A stretch of DNA of 58,593 nucleotides from Folioceros fuciformis (Eukaryota). Where the stretch lies: assembly GCA_049999805.1 (NCBI GenBank), contig JBNGIO010006370.1, forward strand, positions 497,212 through 555,804. Reading direction: 5' to 3'. Position 1 is the first letter of the stretch. The number at the start of each line of letters is the position of its first letter. The notes below the pieces were generated by a model. It was not told the DNA's origin, searched no databases, and worked only from the letters and a program-made list of their open reading frames with translations. Positions 8,733 through 19,500 of this stretch are shown here, one piece after another. The position numbers and the translations under genes are program-made.

Positions 8733-11700
8733 AATCAACTCGGCTTCACTTTGATCATCTCCAACCAAAAAACTATGCACCAAACCATTTGTGTCTGTCC
8801 ACCAGCTCTGACCTGGCTGCTTCCATGCCCTAATTCTTTTCCTCCTGAACTGCATTTTCTGCGCCTGCTCGCACATGTGGGCGCTCATGTATATATTCGA
8901 CATCAGGACATACGGTGCAGCGTCTCTCTGGTCCAGCTTGACTGCTTCATTGAAAGCGCGGTGTCCCACATCCACGTTACCCCACTTCCGACAAGCACTC
9001 AAGAGTGTGCGCCAAACTGCAGCATTAGGCTGTAAAGGCATTGTGATTACTAAACCCAGTGCCTCATCCAGTTGTCCTGCACGACCCAAGAGATCTACCA
9101 TGCATGTGTAGTGGATTTCCGTGGGAATGATCCCATAGTCTCTGCTCATTGCATCAAAGAAATTCTGGGCTGTGGTCACTAGACCTCTGTGACTACACAC
9201 AGTTAGTACACTAAGGAATGTGATGCCGTCTGGGCTAATGCCGTCCACACTCATTTTCTGGAACAAGTCAAACACCACTTCACTGTTCCCCTCACCAGTG
9301 TAGCCTGCAATCAGGGCATTCCAGACAAAAACATCTCGTTTGGGCAATGCATCAAACACCTCCTGGGCAAGTACTGTGATCCCGGACTTCCCGTACATGT
9401 TTATCAAATTGCCAGCTACAAGCACATTAGCTTCAAGACCTTGTTCTACAATGTGTGCATGTACCTGACGCCCCAAACCTAAGGCTGCTACATTTGAACA
9501 GGCCTGCAGGAGACACACGAATGTCGCAGGATCCGGTACAGCCTTGCCTTCTTGTAGCATGCAACTGTAGAGACGAAGGGCCTCCTGCCCCATACCCTGC
9601 TGGGAGTAACCCGCTATCATTGCATTCCACGTTACTACATCCTTTCTACCAAGTCTGTCAAAGACTTTCTGCGCATCGTTCAAGCTGCCACACTTTGCAT
9701 ACATGTTCACCAAGCCGCTCGCTACAAACAGGTCGTCTTCAAAGCCTTGTTCTCGAATTGTTGTGTGCAGCTGCTTCCCGTTTTGAAATGCAGGGACGCC
9801 TAAACATGCACAAGCCTGCAGCACGCACAAGAATGTCACTGAGTTGGGCGCAGCCACGCCCTCTTCTTGCATATCATAGTAAAGGGAAAGAGCTTCATGA
9901 CCCATGCCCTGATGCGAATATCCTGCTATCATGGCATTCCACGTCACCACATCTTTTTCATCCAGTCCATCAAACAGTTGCTGAGCGTCCTCCAAGCTAC
10001 CACAATGTGCATACATATGCACTAAACTGCTGGTCACAAACACATCAGCGTCATGTCCTCCTTCTCTGATATGCAAATGAATCTGCTTTCCCGTCTCCAG
10101 AGCCGAGTTGCCCATACATGCACATGCCTTTAGGACGGACAAGAACGTGACAGAATTGGGAGAAGCCACGCCTTCTTCTTGCATCGCACTGTAGAGACGA
10201 ATGGCTTCCTTGCCCATTCCCTGCTGGGAGTACCCTGCTATCATGGTATTCCATGTCACGACATTCTTTTGAGAAAGTCCATCAAACACCCTTTGGGCGT
10301 CATGCAAGCTGCCACACTTCACATACATGTTTACCAAACTGCTCACCACAAATACATCAGCTTCATAGCCTCCTTGTCGCAGCTGGTCATGAAGATGCTT
10401 CCCCTTCTCAAACGCTGCAGTGCCCACACTTGCACAAGCTTGGAGGAGGCTCACAAACGTCACGGAATCCGGTACAGCCATACCTTCTTCCTGCATAGCA
10501 CTGTGGAGACGAAGAGCTTTCTCCCCCTTGCCCTGCTGGGTGTAGCCTGCTATCATGGCATTCCAAGTTGCTGCATTCTTCTGACCAAGTCCATCGAATA
10601 CACTCTGTGCAATTTCCAAGCAGCCACACTTTGCATACATGTTCACCAAACCGGTCCCTACAAACACGTCAGCCTCAAGTCCTCGTTCTTTGATTTGCGC
10701 ATGCAGTTGCTTCCCCTTATCCACCGCTGGGGAGCCCACACTTGCGCATGCTTGCAGGAGGCACTTGAATGTCACGGAATCAGGTACAGCGCTGACAGAT
10801 TGCTGCATACAGCTGTACAGACGAAGGGCTTCATGCCCCATGCCCCCCTGATAATACCCTGCTATCATGGCATTCCACGTCACCACATTTTTTTCACCGA
10901 GTCCGTCAAACAGCCTTCGTGCATCTTCCAAGCTGCCACACTTTGCATACATAGTGACCAAACTGTTCGCCACAGACACATCAGCTTCATGGCCTCGGTT
11001 TCTGAGATGCAAATGAAGCTGTCTCCCTTCTTGCAATGCGGGGGTCCCCATAGTTGCACATGCCTGCAACAGGCATGCGTATGTCACAGAATTCGCTACT
11101 GCCATACCACCTTCTTCCATTGCACTCCAAAGCTGAAGAGCTTCCAGCCCCATGCCCTGCTGGGAGTACCCTGCTATGAGGGCATTCCATGTCACCACAT
11201 TCTTTTGACCAAGTCCGTCAAACACTCTCTGAGCGTCCTCCAGGCTGCCACATTTTGCATACATGTTTATCAAGCTGTTGGCTACAAACACATCCACTTC
11301 ATGTCCTTGTGCCCTAATCTGTGCATGAAGCTGCTGCCCCTTCTCCAAAGCCAGGGCACCCATCCTTGCACATGCCTGCAGGAGGGAAACGAATGTAACA
11401 GGATTGGGTGCAGTCATGCCCTCTGCTCGCATAGCACCGTAGAGACGAAGGGCTTCTTCCCCCATACCCTGCTGGGAATACCCTGCTATCATGGCATTCC
11501 ATGTCACCACATCTCTTTCACGCAGTCCGTCAAATACCCCTCGAGCTTCCTCCAAGCTGCCACACTTTGCATACATACTCACCAGGCAGTTGCACACAAA
11601 TAAACCAGGGTCAACGCCACTAACCAACACATCAGCGTGCACCTGCTGTCCAGATTTCAAGTCTGAACCCCTGGCGCAAGCCTGCAAAGCTGCCACAAAA

Positions 11701-12596
11701 ACATGGCTATCTGGTTTCACGCTGGACCTACGCATCCTATGATACAGTTGTATGGCAATCTTGTCTCTACCCTGTTTAACATGTGCAGAAATTATGGAAT
11801 ACCACATGAAAGCATCTGGTTCGGCCACACCTTCGAACACATCCATCGCATCTTGCAACCTGCCAAGAGAAGCATACATTCGTAGGATGTGATTGCACAG
11901 GAACGTATCTGACTGGTAACCCTTTGTCAACGTGAAAGCATGGATGCGGCTTCCCTGAACAAGATCCTTCTCCTCTATGCATTTCCTCAGAACTGTGACC
12001 AACAGAGATTTGGAAATAAAAGGTTCTGTCAGCACCAGGACTTCCAAACCCTCAACAGCCTCACTCAGATGACCCTCATGACAAAGCTTCATCACGGTCT
12101 CAGCCGACAAGCCTCTGTACTGACGAGTAAACCTGATGGGGTCAGGGTCACGAGGCAACTTCCTGTAGGCCATATCCAGAGCAGCAAGCTGTGCATCCAC
12201 CCAAGCTGGCTTATGCAAGCTGTTTAACCAGAGGACGTCATGGGACTGCCTGTGCCGGAAATCAGGCGATCGGCAGCTCTTCTTACTTTGCCTGTAATCC
12301 CACCAAACTGTAGGATCCTGGAAAAGATGTCGCCACAAGTTCTCCTGCCGACGCCCCTCAGTGGAGGACGGATTGCCAGCTACAGATTGCCTTGGACTGG
12401 CAGGCTTCCTGGCAAAGGTGCTGCACCTCCCGTTCTGATTCTGCACCACCACCTGCTGGTTGCTTACAGCAATTCGGACAGGAGTTCTTTCTCGAACACC
12501 CGCTAAGGCAACCCACTCCTCTATCCTCCAACATTGTCCCCAAGCAGGATCCACCTGCCCTTGAGGTAATCTGCTTTCAACGAACCATATTGCCAT
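8712..12596 (-). CDS. PPR1: PLS-class PPR protein (E/E+, WW-type PG box, no DYW) with an N-terminal OSB-type PDF motif; putative organellar RNA-editing specificity factor
   Basis: Intronless 1294-aa ORF. P-L-S triplets, then P2-L2-S2 (CSHRGLV, HYTCMVDLLGRAG), E1/E2 and KQPGQSWWTD...HSFLVGD. N-terminal LWRHLFQDPTVWWDYRQSKKSCRSPDFRHRQSHDVLWL...PAWV. Confidence 0.93.
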   Translation of the reverse strand: MAIWFVESRLPQGQVDPAWGQCWRIEEWVALAGVRERTPVRIAVSNQQVVVQNQNGRCSTFARKPASPRQSVAGNPSSTEGRRQENLWRHLFQDPTVWWDYRQSKKSCRSPDFRHRQSHDVLWLNSLHKPAWVDAQLAALDMAYRKLPRDPDPIRFTRQYRGLSAETVMKLCHEGHLSEAVEGLEVLVLTEPFISKSLLVTVLRKCIEEKDLVQGSRIHAFTLTKGYQSDTFLCNHILRMYASLGRLQDAMDVFEGVAEPDAFMWYSIISAHVKQGRDKIAIQLYHRMRRSSVKPDSHVFVAALQACARGSDLKSGQQVHADVLVSGVDPGLFVCNCLVSMYAKCGSLEEARGVFDGLRERDVVTWNAMIAGYSQQGMGEEALRLYGAMRAEGMTAPNPVTFVSLLQACARMGALALEKGQQLHAQIRAQGHEVDVFVANSLINMYAKCGSLEDAQRVFDGLGQKNVVTWNALIAGYSQQGMGLEALQLWSAMEEGGMAVANSVTYACLLQACATMGTPALQEGRQLHLHLRNRGHEADVSVANSLVTMYAKCGSLEDARRLFDGLGEKNVVTWNAMIAGYYQGGMGHEALRLYSCMQQSVSAVPDSVTFKCLLQACASVGSPAVDKGKQLHAQIKERGLEADVFVGTGLVNMYAKCGCLEIAQSVFDGLGQKNAATWNAMIAGYTQQGKGEKALRLHSAMQEEGMAVPDSVTFVSLLQACASVGTAAFEKGKHLHDQLRQGGYEADVFVVSSLVNMYVKCGSLHDAQRVFDGLSQKNVVTWNTMIAGYSQQGMGKEAIRLYSAMQEEGVASPNSVTFLSVLKACACMGNSALETGKQIHLHIREGGHDADVFVTSSLVHMYAHCGSLEDAQQLFDGLDEKDVVTWNAMIAGYSHQGMGHEALSLYYDMQEEGVAAPNSVTFLCVLQACACLGVPAFQNGKQLHTTIREQGFEDDLFVASGLVNMYAKCGSLNDAQKVFDRLGRKDVVTWNAMIAGYSQQGMGQEALRLYSCMLQEGKAVPDPATFVCLLQACSNVAALGLGRQVHAHIVEQGLEANVLVAGNLINMYGKSGITVLAQEVFDALPKRDVFVWNALIAGYTGEGNSEVVFDLFQKMSVDGISPDGITFLSVLTVCSHRGLVTTAQNFFDAMSRDYGIIPTEIHYTCMVDLLGRAGQLDEALGLVITMPLQPNAAVWRTLLSACRKWGNVDVGHRAFNEAVKLDQRDAAPYVLMSNIYMSAHMCEQAQKMQFRRKRIRAWKQPGQSWWTDTNGLVHSFLVGDDQSEAELINMYYVY

Positions 12597-13384
12597 GGCT
12601 CAGTTGCAGGAGCACCGCCTGCGAGACTACGTATGCAAGTCGGATCCACCACACTGCACTTCCTGGACAGAACCTCGAACCACCTGCATAATGACATGAC
12701 TGACCATCTCACCAAGTGCAATTGTGACATCAGCCTGCCTCTGGGCACAGTCCTCGGGAGCTTTAGCTTCATGCCTTCCTCCTACCATTCTCCGTGCTGA
12801 AGAGTAAAGAAACGTGATTCATTTGGTGGTAAACCACACGTCCGATTGGCAGTGCACATATGTTTTCTGTAAGGGCCCTCGCTCACCCACTCCTCACTGA
12901 GCAGCGCAAGTATCTCCAGGCTGACTGCAATTTTATCTCGCTTAGAAGCAGACAGCGAGAAGAACGTGGAGTCCGAAAATGGGCAAACGAACCAGTGACA
13001 GCAAGAGCTGCAAAGATCCCATATCACAGATGAATACAGCTCCAAAATGTGCATCCACCTGCAAGCATACCAACCTGCCCCTGCTGTGGGAACAGGTTTG
13101 CAACAGTTGAAGAATTTACAGGATAGTAGTAGAGACTGCTGCAGAAAACTTGGTGTCACCGAATTCTGGATCACCTTTCAGTTGTCTGCCTCAAAATCCG
13201 ACTTTAGCTCAGTTGGGCGATGGAGGATTGTAGACGAATACGTATATGTTGCTAAGTGGGCAACCCGTCTTTAGCTTGGAAGAAGCGCTCGCCAAAACGG
13301 AGAGAAATCCCCGAGCTTAGCCGAGCCTGAAGGAGCTTAGGCCTGAAGGAACTTATTCAAGAGAATGCTGGGCTGAGGACCCAC

Positions 13385-16036
13385 ATGGCTCAACAGTTTT
13401 CAGAAGTAGTTCGGGTGAATGCGAGGTTGGCTGCTCCAGATCGGAGTGGCCCCACGGCTGAAATGGTGGGGAAGCTTTGTCAACTGGGGCAGACCGTTGA
13501 TGCTGTTGAAGCTCTGGGAGTTATCGTGCAGACAGGCTGTGGTGTTTCTCGATCCCTTGTACATGCTGTCCTAAAACAGTGTGTGGTGACAAGAGATTTG
13601 GTTTTGGCTCGCCGTGTTCATGCTCTGTTTGTGAAGGAGGGGTACGAGTCGGACACGTTTTTGTGCAACCACATCCTACGAATGTATGCTTCTCATGCCA
13701 GGTTGCAAGAAGCAATGCAATTGTTCACAATGGTGGCCAAACCAGATGCCTTCACATGGTCTGCCATAATTTCTGCTCATGTCAAACACGGGCAAGAAAA
13801 GATGGCCGTCCAACTGTACTATCGGATGCGTATGTCAAGTGTCAAACTGGATTGCCATGTCTTTGTAGCAGCACTTCAAGCCTGTGCTAAGGGAGGGGAC
13901 TTGGAAACTGGGAAGCAGGTGCATGCTGATTTGCTGGCCAGTGCGGTTGTCCCTGATTTGTTTGTTTTCAACTGCTTGGTGGACATGTACTCAAAGTGTG
14001 GCAGCCTAGAAAAAGCTCAGAGAGTGTTTGATGAACTTGGTCAGAAAGATGTGATCACTTGGAATGTGATGATTGCAGGATATTCGCAGCAGGGAATGGG
14101 GCAGGAAGCCATTTGTACTTTCAGTACTATGCAAGACGAAGGGTTCGTTGCACCTGATTCGGTGACATTTCTGGCCGTTTTGCAGGCCTGTGCGAGTCTG
14201 GGTACTGCAGCTTTGGAGAAGGGGATGCAGCTTCATGCACAGATAACAAAATGCGGACTTCAAACAAATGTGTCTGTGGCGAATAGTTTGGTGAACATGT
14301 ATGCAAAGTGCGGCAGCTTGGAAGATGCTCAAAAGATATTTGACAAGCTTCCTCACAAAGATGTGGTGACTTGGAATGCCATGATAGCAGGATATTGCCA
14401 ACAGAACATGGGTCAGGAAGCCCTGCATCTTTATGATGATCTGCAAGCTGAAGGCTTGGTTGAACTCAATTCTGTGACGATTCTGTGCCTCCTGCAGGCC
14501 TGTGCAATTGTTGGCACCCCGGCTTTAGGAAAGGGGAAGCAGCTTCACGCAGAGATTGGAGTACGAAGGCTTTTGGCTGACGTGTTTGTGGCCAACAATT
14601 TGGTAACCATGTATACAAAGTGTGGCAGCTTAAAAGACGCTCGCACAGTGTTTGATGGACTGTGTCAAAAGAACGTGGTGACATGGAATGCCATCATTGC
14701 AGGGTATGCGCAGGAGGGCATGGGTCAGGAAGCCCTTCGTCTCTACAGTGCTATGCAGGATGAAGCCACTGCTGCACCTAGTTCTGTGACTTTTGTGTCT
14801 GCCCTGCAGGCTTGTGCTAGTATTGGTACCCCAGCGTTGGGGAAAGGGAAACAACTGCATGCAGAGGTTGAACGGCAAGGACTCCAGGCGGATGCTGTTG
14901 TAGGTGGCAGCCTGGTAAACATGTATGCAAAGTGTGGCAGCTTACTGGATGCTCAGAGGGTGTTTGACGGGCTTAGTCAGAGGACTATTGTGACATGGAC
15001 CGCTCTGATAGCAGGATATTCTCAGCAGGGCATGGGGCAGGAAGCTCTTCGTGTGTACAGTCTTATGCACAAAGAAGAATGTATCGTAGCACCGACTGGG
15101 GTGACGTTTGTTTGCCTACTGCACGCTTGTGCTGATGTGGCAGACTTGCGTCTTGGAAGACAGCTTCATGCACAGATTGAAGACCAAGGGATTCAAACTG
15201 ATCTAGCCATCAGTTTGATAAACATGTACGCAAAGTGCGGGAGCATGGTCGATGCACAGGAGGTGTTTGATGCATTACCTCAAAGAGACGTCGTGGCCTG
15301 GAATTCTCTGATGGCAGGTTACTCTCGCCAGGGAGACAGCGAGGCGGTCTTCGACTTGCTCCAGAGAATGGAAGAAGCCGGCATACACCCTGCCTGCATC
15401 ACCTTCCGTAGTGTACTATCTGCGTGCAGTCATGCGGGTCTAGTGAACAAGGGGCGAGATTACTTTGAGGCTATGAGCAAAGAATATGGGATCATTCCCA
15501 CAAGAGAACACTACACGTGCATGGTGGATCTCCTGGGTCGTGCAGGCCACCTGGGCACGGCACTAGCTTTGGTCAGGACCATGCCGGTAACACCTGACCC
15601 TGCAGTTTGGCACACTCTGTTGGGCTCTTGTCAAAAGTGGAACAACGTGGAGGTGGCACAGCATGCTTTCAATGAAGCTGTGAAGCTCGACAAACACGAT
15701 GCGGCAGCCTACGTGTCTATGTCGAACGTGTACCTGGCTGCTGGGATGTGTGATGAGGCACAGGAAATGCAGTTGACGAGGTTAGGGATAGGCGCATGGA
15801 AGCAACCAGGCCAGACCTCGTGGACGGATATGGATGGACTGCTGCATACATTTTCAGTCGGGGACCAGACTCGTCCACAGAGCGAATGTGTACACGTAAG
15901 GCTTAGCAAAATGGTTTGTTCCTTGCAGAAAGACGCTGCAGTGGGCGTGTTTGAAGATGCGCATGACCCCAACGTAATAAGAATGAAGCCCAAACACATG
16001 ACACTCTGGACACGTATGTGCGCAACAAGCATCTAG
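13385..16036 (+). CDS. PPR2: PLS-class PPR protein, E+ subclass, no DYW
   Basis: Intronless 883-aa ORF with PLS triplets, CSHAGLV, E1/E2 and KQPGQTSWTD...HTFSVGDQTRPQSE. No HxE/CxxC deaminase motif. Confidence 0.92.
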   Translation: MAQQFSEVVRVNARLAAPDRSGPTAEMVGKLCQLGQTVDAVEALGVIVQTGCGVSRSLVHAVLKQCVVTRDLVLARRVHALFVKEGYESDTFLCNHILRMYASHARLQEAMQLFTMVAKPDAFTWSAIISAHVKHGQEKMAVQLYYRMRMSSVKLDCHVFVAALQACAKGGDLETGKQVHADLLASAVVPDLFVFNCLVDMYSKCGSLEKAQRVFDELGQKDVITWNVMIAGYSQQGMGQEAICTFSTMQDEGFVAPDSVTFLAVLQACASLGTAALEKGMQLHAQITKCGLQTNVSVANSLVNMYAKCGSLEDAQKIFDKLPHKDVVTWNAMIAGYCQQNMGQEALHLYDDLQAEGLVELNSVTILCLLQACAIVGTPALGKGKQLHAEIGVRRLLADVFVANNLVTMYTKCGSLKDARTVFDGLCQKNVVTWNAIIAGYAQEGMGQEALRLYSAMQDEATAAPSSVTFVSALQACASIGTPALGKGKQLHAEVERQGLQADAVVGGSLVNMYAKCGSLLDAQRVFDGLSQRTIVTWTALIAGYSQQGMGQEALRVYSLMHKEECIVAPTGVTFVCLLHACADVADLRLGRQLHAQIEDQGIQTDLAISLINMYAKCGSMVDAQEVFDALPQRDVVAWNSLMAGYSRQGDSEAVFDLLQRMEEAGIHPACITFRSVLSACSHAGLVNKGRDYFEAMSKEYGIIPTREHYTCMVDLLGRAGHLGTALALVRTMPVTPDPAVWHTLLGSCQKWNNVEVAQHAFNEAVKLDKHDAAAYVSMSNVYLAAGMCDEAQEMQLTRLGIGAWKQPGQTSWTDMDGLLHTFSVGDQTRPQSECVHVRLSKMVCSLQKDAAVGVFEDAHDPNVIRMKPKHMTLWTRMCATSI

Positions 16037-16094
16037 ACACGCCTGCAAAAACCGAGCTTCCTGCTCAGCACCAGATACTCCCTCCTTTCTTCAC

Positions 16095-16268
16095 TCTGGA
16101 AAGTATTTGCTGGTCATCACCAACCAGGAAACTGTGCACCAGTCCATCCTCATTTGTTCACCAGCTCAAACCCGGCTGCTTGGATGCCTTGATTCGTTTC
16201 CTGGTCTCCTGCAGCCTCGGTGCACCCTCCGCATCTGGGCACCATTGTGTATGTCGGACTATCAACAG
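16095..16268 (-). pseudogene. Inverted fragment of a PPR E2/PG-box region
   Basis: The minus strand reads SDIHNGAQMR/LQETRKRIKASKQPGLSW*TNEDGLVHSFLVGDD, homologous to the PPR3 C-terminus SNIYTGSQMW...RIGAWKQPGQSWWTDDEGLVHSFLVGD. TGG>TGA stop plus frameshifts. Confidence 0.85.
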
Positions 16269-16518
16269 GTAGAGAGAGGATGAACCCATCTACCACACCA
16301 TAGGGCGGCATGGGGCGAGCCGAGGTCACATAAGCTGGAGGATCGATGAACCGTCCCTGATGTCAGTCACATGGAGCGCAGGAAACGAAAGCACATGGCA
16401 ACAATTCACCTGCCATGGTATCCTTCCAATGTGGTTGCAAGGTCGATGGTCTTCTAGAAAATGCAAATCCGGTGGGTGCTCCTTGCATCCACAGGCTTAG
16501 CGCGTGCCCCTGCAAGCA

Positions 16519-19500
16519 ATGGCTGTTCCGAGAGTGGCAATCGGGTCACGCAAAGGGGAGGAAGGCACGTTGTGGGGACACTTTTCCTGGACACAAGAAT
16601 GCGGTGGCTGCACGGGTCATGTTCTGGGAGGATGGTCTGTTGGTCTGAATTCCAAGAACCAACGGTTTGGGCAGAGGCAGCTGGGCAGAAAGCCAGCCCG
16701 TGCAAGAGGATGCCTGACCGGCGAAGACTGTAGCCGTCAATCGACTCTCTTGCGGTCCAGGCAGTCCCGAGGGGCCCTCTGGTTAAACAAATCTTTAAAG
16801 CCAGCTTGCGTGGCTGCGGAGCTTGCTGCTCTGGATGATTCTGAGCTTTGCAGGCTTGCAGATGATGATAAGAGCGTGACAGTTGAAACTGTTAGGAAGC
16901 TCTGTGGAAATGGCCGCGTCGCTGCGGCCGTTGAGGCTTTGGAGGTTCTGGTGGAGTTAAAACGTCGTATTCCCAGGTCTCTCTTATATGCTGTTCTGAA
17001 GAAGTGTGCAGGGAAGAAAGATGTTGTTCTGGGCAGCCGTGTCCATGCATTGGTGATGAAAAAGGGATTCCAGTCAGACACGTTCCTGGGCTTCCACATC
17101 CTCCGGATGTATGCGTCTCATGGCAAGTTGCAAGACGCGATGGAGGTGTTTGGAGCCGTTTCCAAACCGGATGCCTTCATGTGGTCTGCCATAATATCTG
17201 CACATGTCAAGCATGGGAAAGACAAGCAGGCCATAGAGCTGTACTTTCGGATGCGCAGGACTGGTGTGAAGGGAGATGGGCATGTGTATGTGGCAGCTCT
17301 GCAGGCTTGTGCGAGGGCATCGGACTTGCAGTCTGGGGAGCAGGTGCATGCTGATGTGTTGACTAGTGGCCTTCAGCCTGATTTGTTTGTGTGTAACTGC
17401 TTGGTGAGCATGTATGCAAAGTGTGGCAGCTTGGAGAAAGCTCAGCAGGTGTTCGATGGCCTTGGTCATAGAGATGTCGTGACCTGGAATGCTCTGATTG
17501 CAGGCTATTCCCAGCAAGGTATGGGGGAGAAAGCCCTTCGCCTATACAGTGTGATGCAAGAGGAAGGCGTGATTGTACCCAATTCCTTGACATTCGTGTG
17601 CCTCCTGCAAGCATGTGCAAATGTGGGCACTCGAGCTTTGCAGACAGGGAAGCATCTTCATGCACAAGTCAGGGAACGACGACATCAAGCTGATGTCTCC
17701 GTGGCCAATAGTTTGGTGAGCATGTATGCAAAATGTGGCAGCTTGCAAGATGCTCAGAGGGTGTTTGATGGGCTTGGCCACAAGGATGTGGTGGCCTGGA
17801 ATGCCATGATAGCAGGGTATTCCCAGCAAGGTATGGGACAGAAAGCCCTTCGACTCTACAGTGCTATGCAAGAACAAGGAGGCATGGCGTCACCCAATTC
17901 CGTCACATTTGTGTGCTTGTTGCAGGCATGTGCAAGTGTGGGCACCCCCGCATTGGAGAAGGGGAGGCATGTTCATGTGCAAATAAAAGAACGAGGTCAT
18001 GAAGGTGATGCGTTTGTAGCCAGCAGTTTGGTGAACATGTATGCAAAGTGTGGCAGCTTAGAGGACGCTCAAAAAGTGTTTGATGGATGTGGCGAAAAAA
18101 ATGTGGTGATGTGGACTGCCATGATAGCAGGCTATTCCCAGAAGGGTCTCGGGCACGAAGCGCTTCATCTCTATAATGCTATGCAAGAGGGAGGTATGGC
18201 TGTACCCAATTCTGTGACATTTGTGTGCCTCCTGCAGGCTTGTGCAAGTATAGGCACCACGGCCCTGGAGAAGGGCAGGCTTCTCCATTTGCAAATTAGA
18301 GAGCAAGGACATGAAGGTGATGTCTTCGTGGCCAACAGTTTGGTGAACATGTATGCAAAGTGTGGCAGCTTGGGAGACGCTCAAAGAGTGTTTGACGCGC
18401 TTGGTCAGAAAGATGTGGTGACGTGGACTGCCATGATAGCGGGATATTCCCAGCAGGGGATGGGCCAGGAAGCCCTGTCTCTCTACAATGCTATGCAGCA
18501 AGAAGGCATGGCTGTTCCAAATTCTATCACCTTTGTGTGCCTCCTGCAAGCATGTGCAAGTGTGGGCACTTCAGCGTTGGAGATGGGGAAGCACCTTCAT
18601 GCAAAAATTAAAGATCAAAGTGATGTAGTTGATGTATTTGTAGCCAACAGTTTGGTGAACATGTATGCGAAGTGTGGCAGTCTACAGGATGCTCAAAGTG
18701 TGTTCGATAGACTTGGTGTAAGAGATGTGGTGACCTGGACTGTTATGATAGCTGGGTATTCCCAGCAGGGTATGGGGCAGGAAGCGCTTCATCTTTACAG
18801 TGCCATGCAAAACGAAGGCATGGCCGCACCTGATTCAGTGACCTATGTTTGCCTCCTGCAGGCCTGTGCAAGTGTGGGTACTCCAGCTTTGGAGATGGGA
18901 AAGCTGCTTCATGCGGAAATCAGAGAAGGAGGACATGAAGCTGATGTTTTTGTAGCCAACAGTTTGGTGACCATGTATGCAAAGTGTGGCAGCCTACAAA
19001 CTGCACAGAGAGTGTTTGACCGGCTTGGTAAAAAAGACGTGGTGACGTGGACTGCCATGATAGCAGGGTATTCCCAGCTGGGCAAGGGCCAGGAAGCTCT
19101 TCGTATCTTCAGCGCTATGCAAGAAGGAGGCATGGCTGTACCCGATTCTGTAACCTTTGTGTGCCTCCTGCAGGCGTGTGCAAGTGTAGGCGCCCAGGCT
19201 TTGGCTGAGGGGAAGCAACTCCATGCACAGATTAAAGAAGGAGGGCACGAAGCTGATGTGTTTGTGGCCAACAGTTTGGTCAGCATGTATGCAAAGTGTG
19301 GCAGCTTGGAAGATGCACAGAACGTGTTCGATGGACTTGTTCAACGAGATGTGGTTACCTGGACTGCCATGATCGCAGGGTATGCTCAGCAGGGCATGGG
19401 ACAGGGAGCCCTTAATCTCTACAGTGCTATGCAGGCAGAGGGTGTTGCAGTTCCTGATTCTGTAACCTTTATTTGCCTCATGCAGGCATGCGCAAATGTG

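Noticed and set aside
10179-11603. 474-aa antisense ORF and many other antisense ORFs inside the PPR genes
   Set aside because: These are shadow frames of the repetitive PPR coding sequence with no independent motifs.
16640-16680. WSEFQEPTVW in an alternate frame, resembling the first half of the PDF motif
   Set aside because: It lies upstream of the in-frame RKPA anchor, whereas the PDF motif lies downstream of it in PPR1, so it is probably coincidental.
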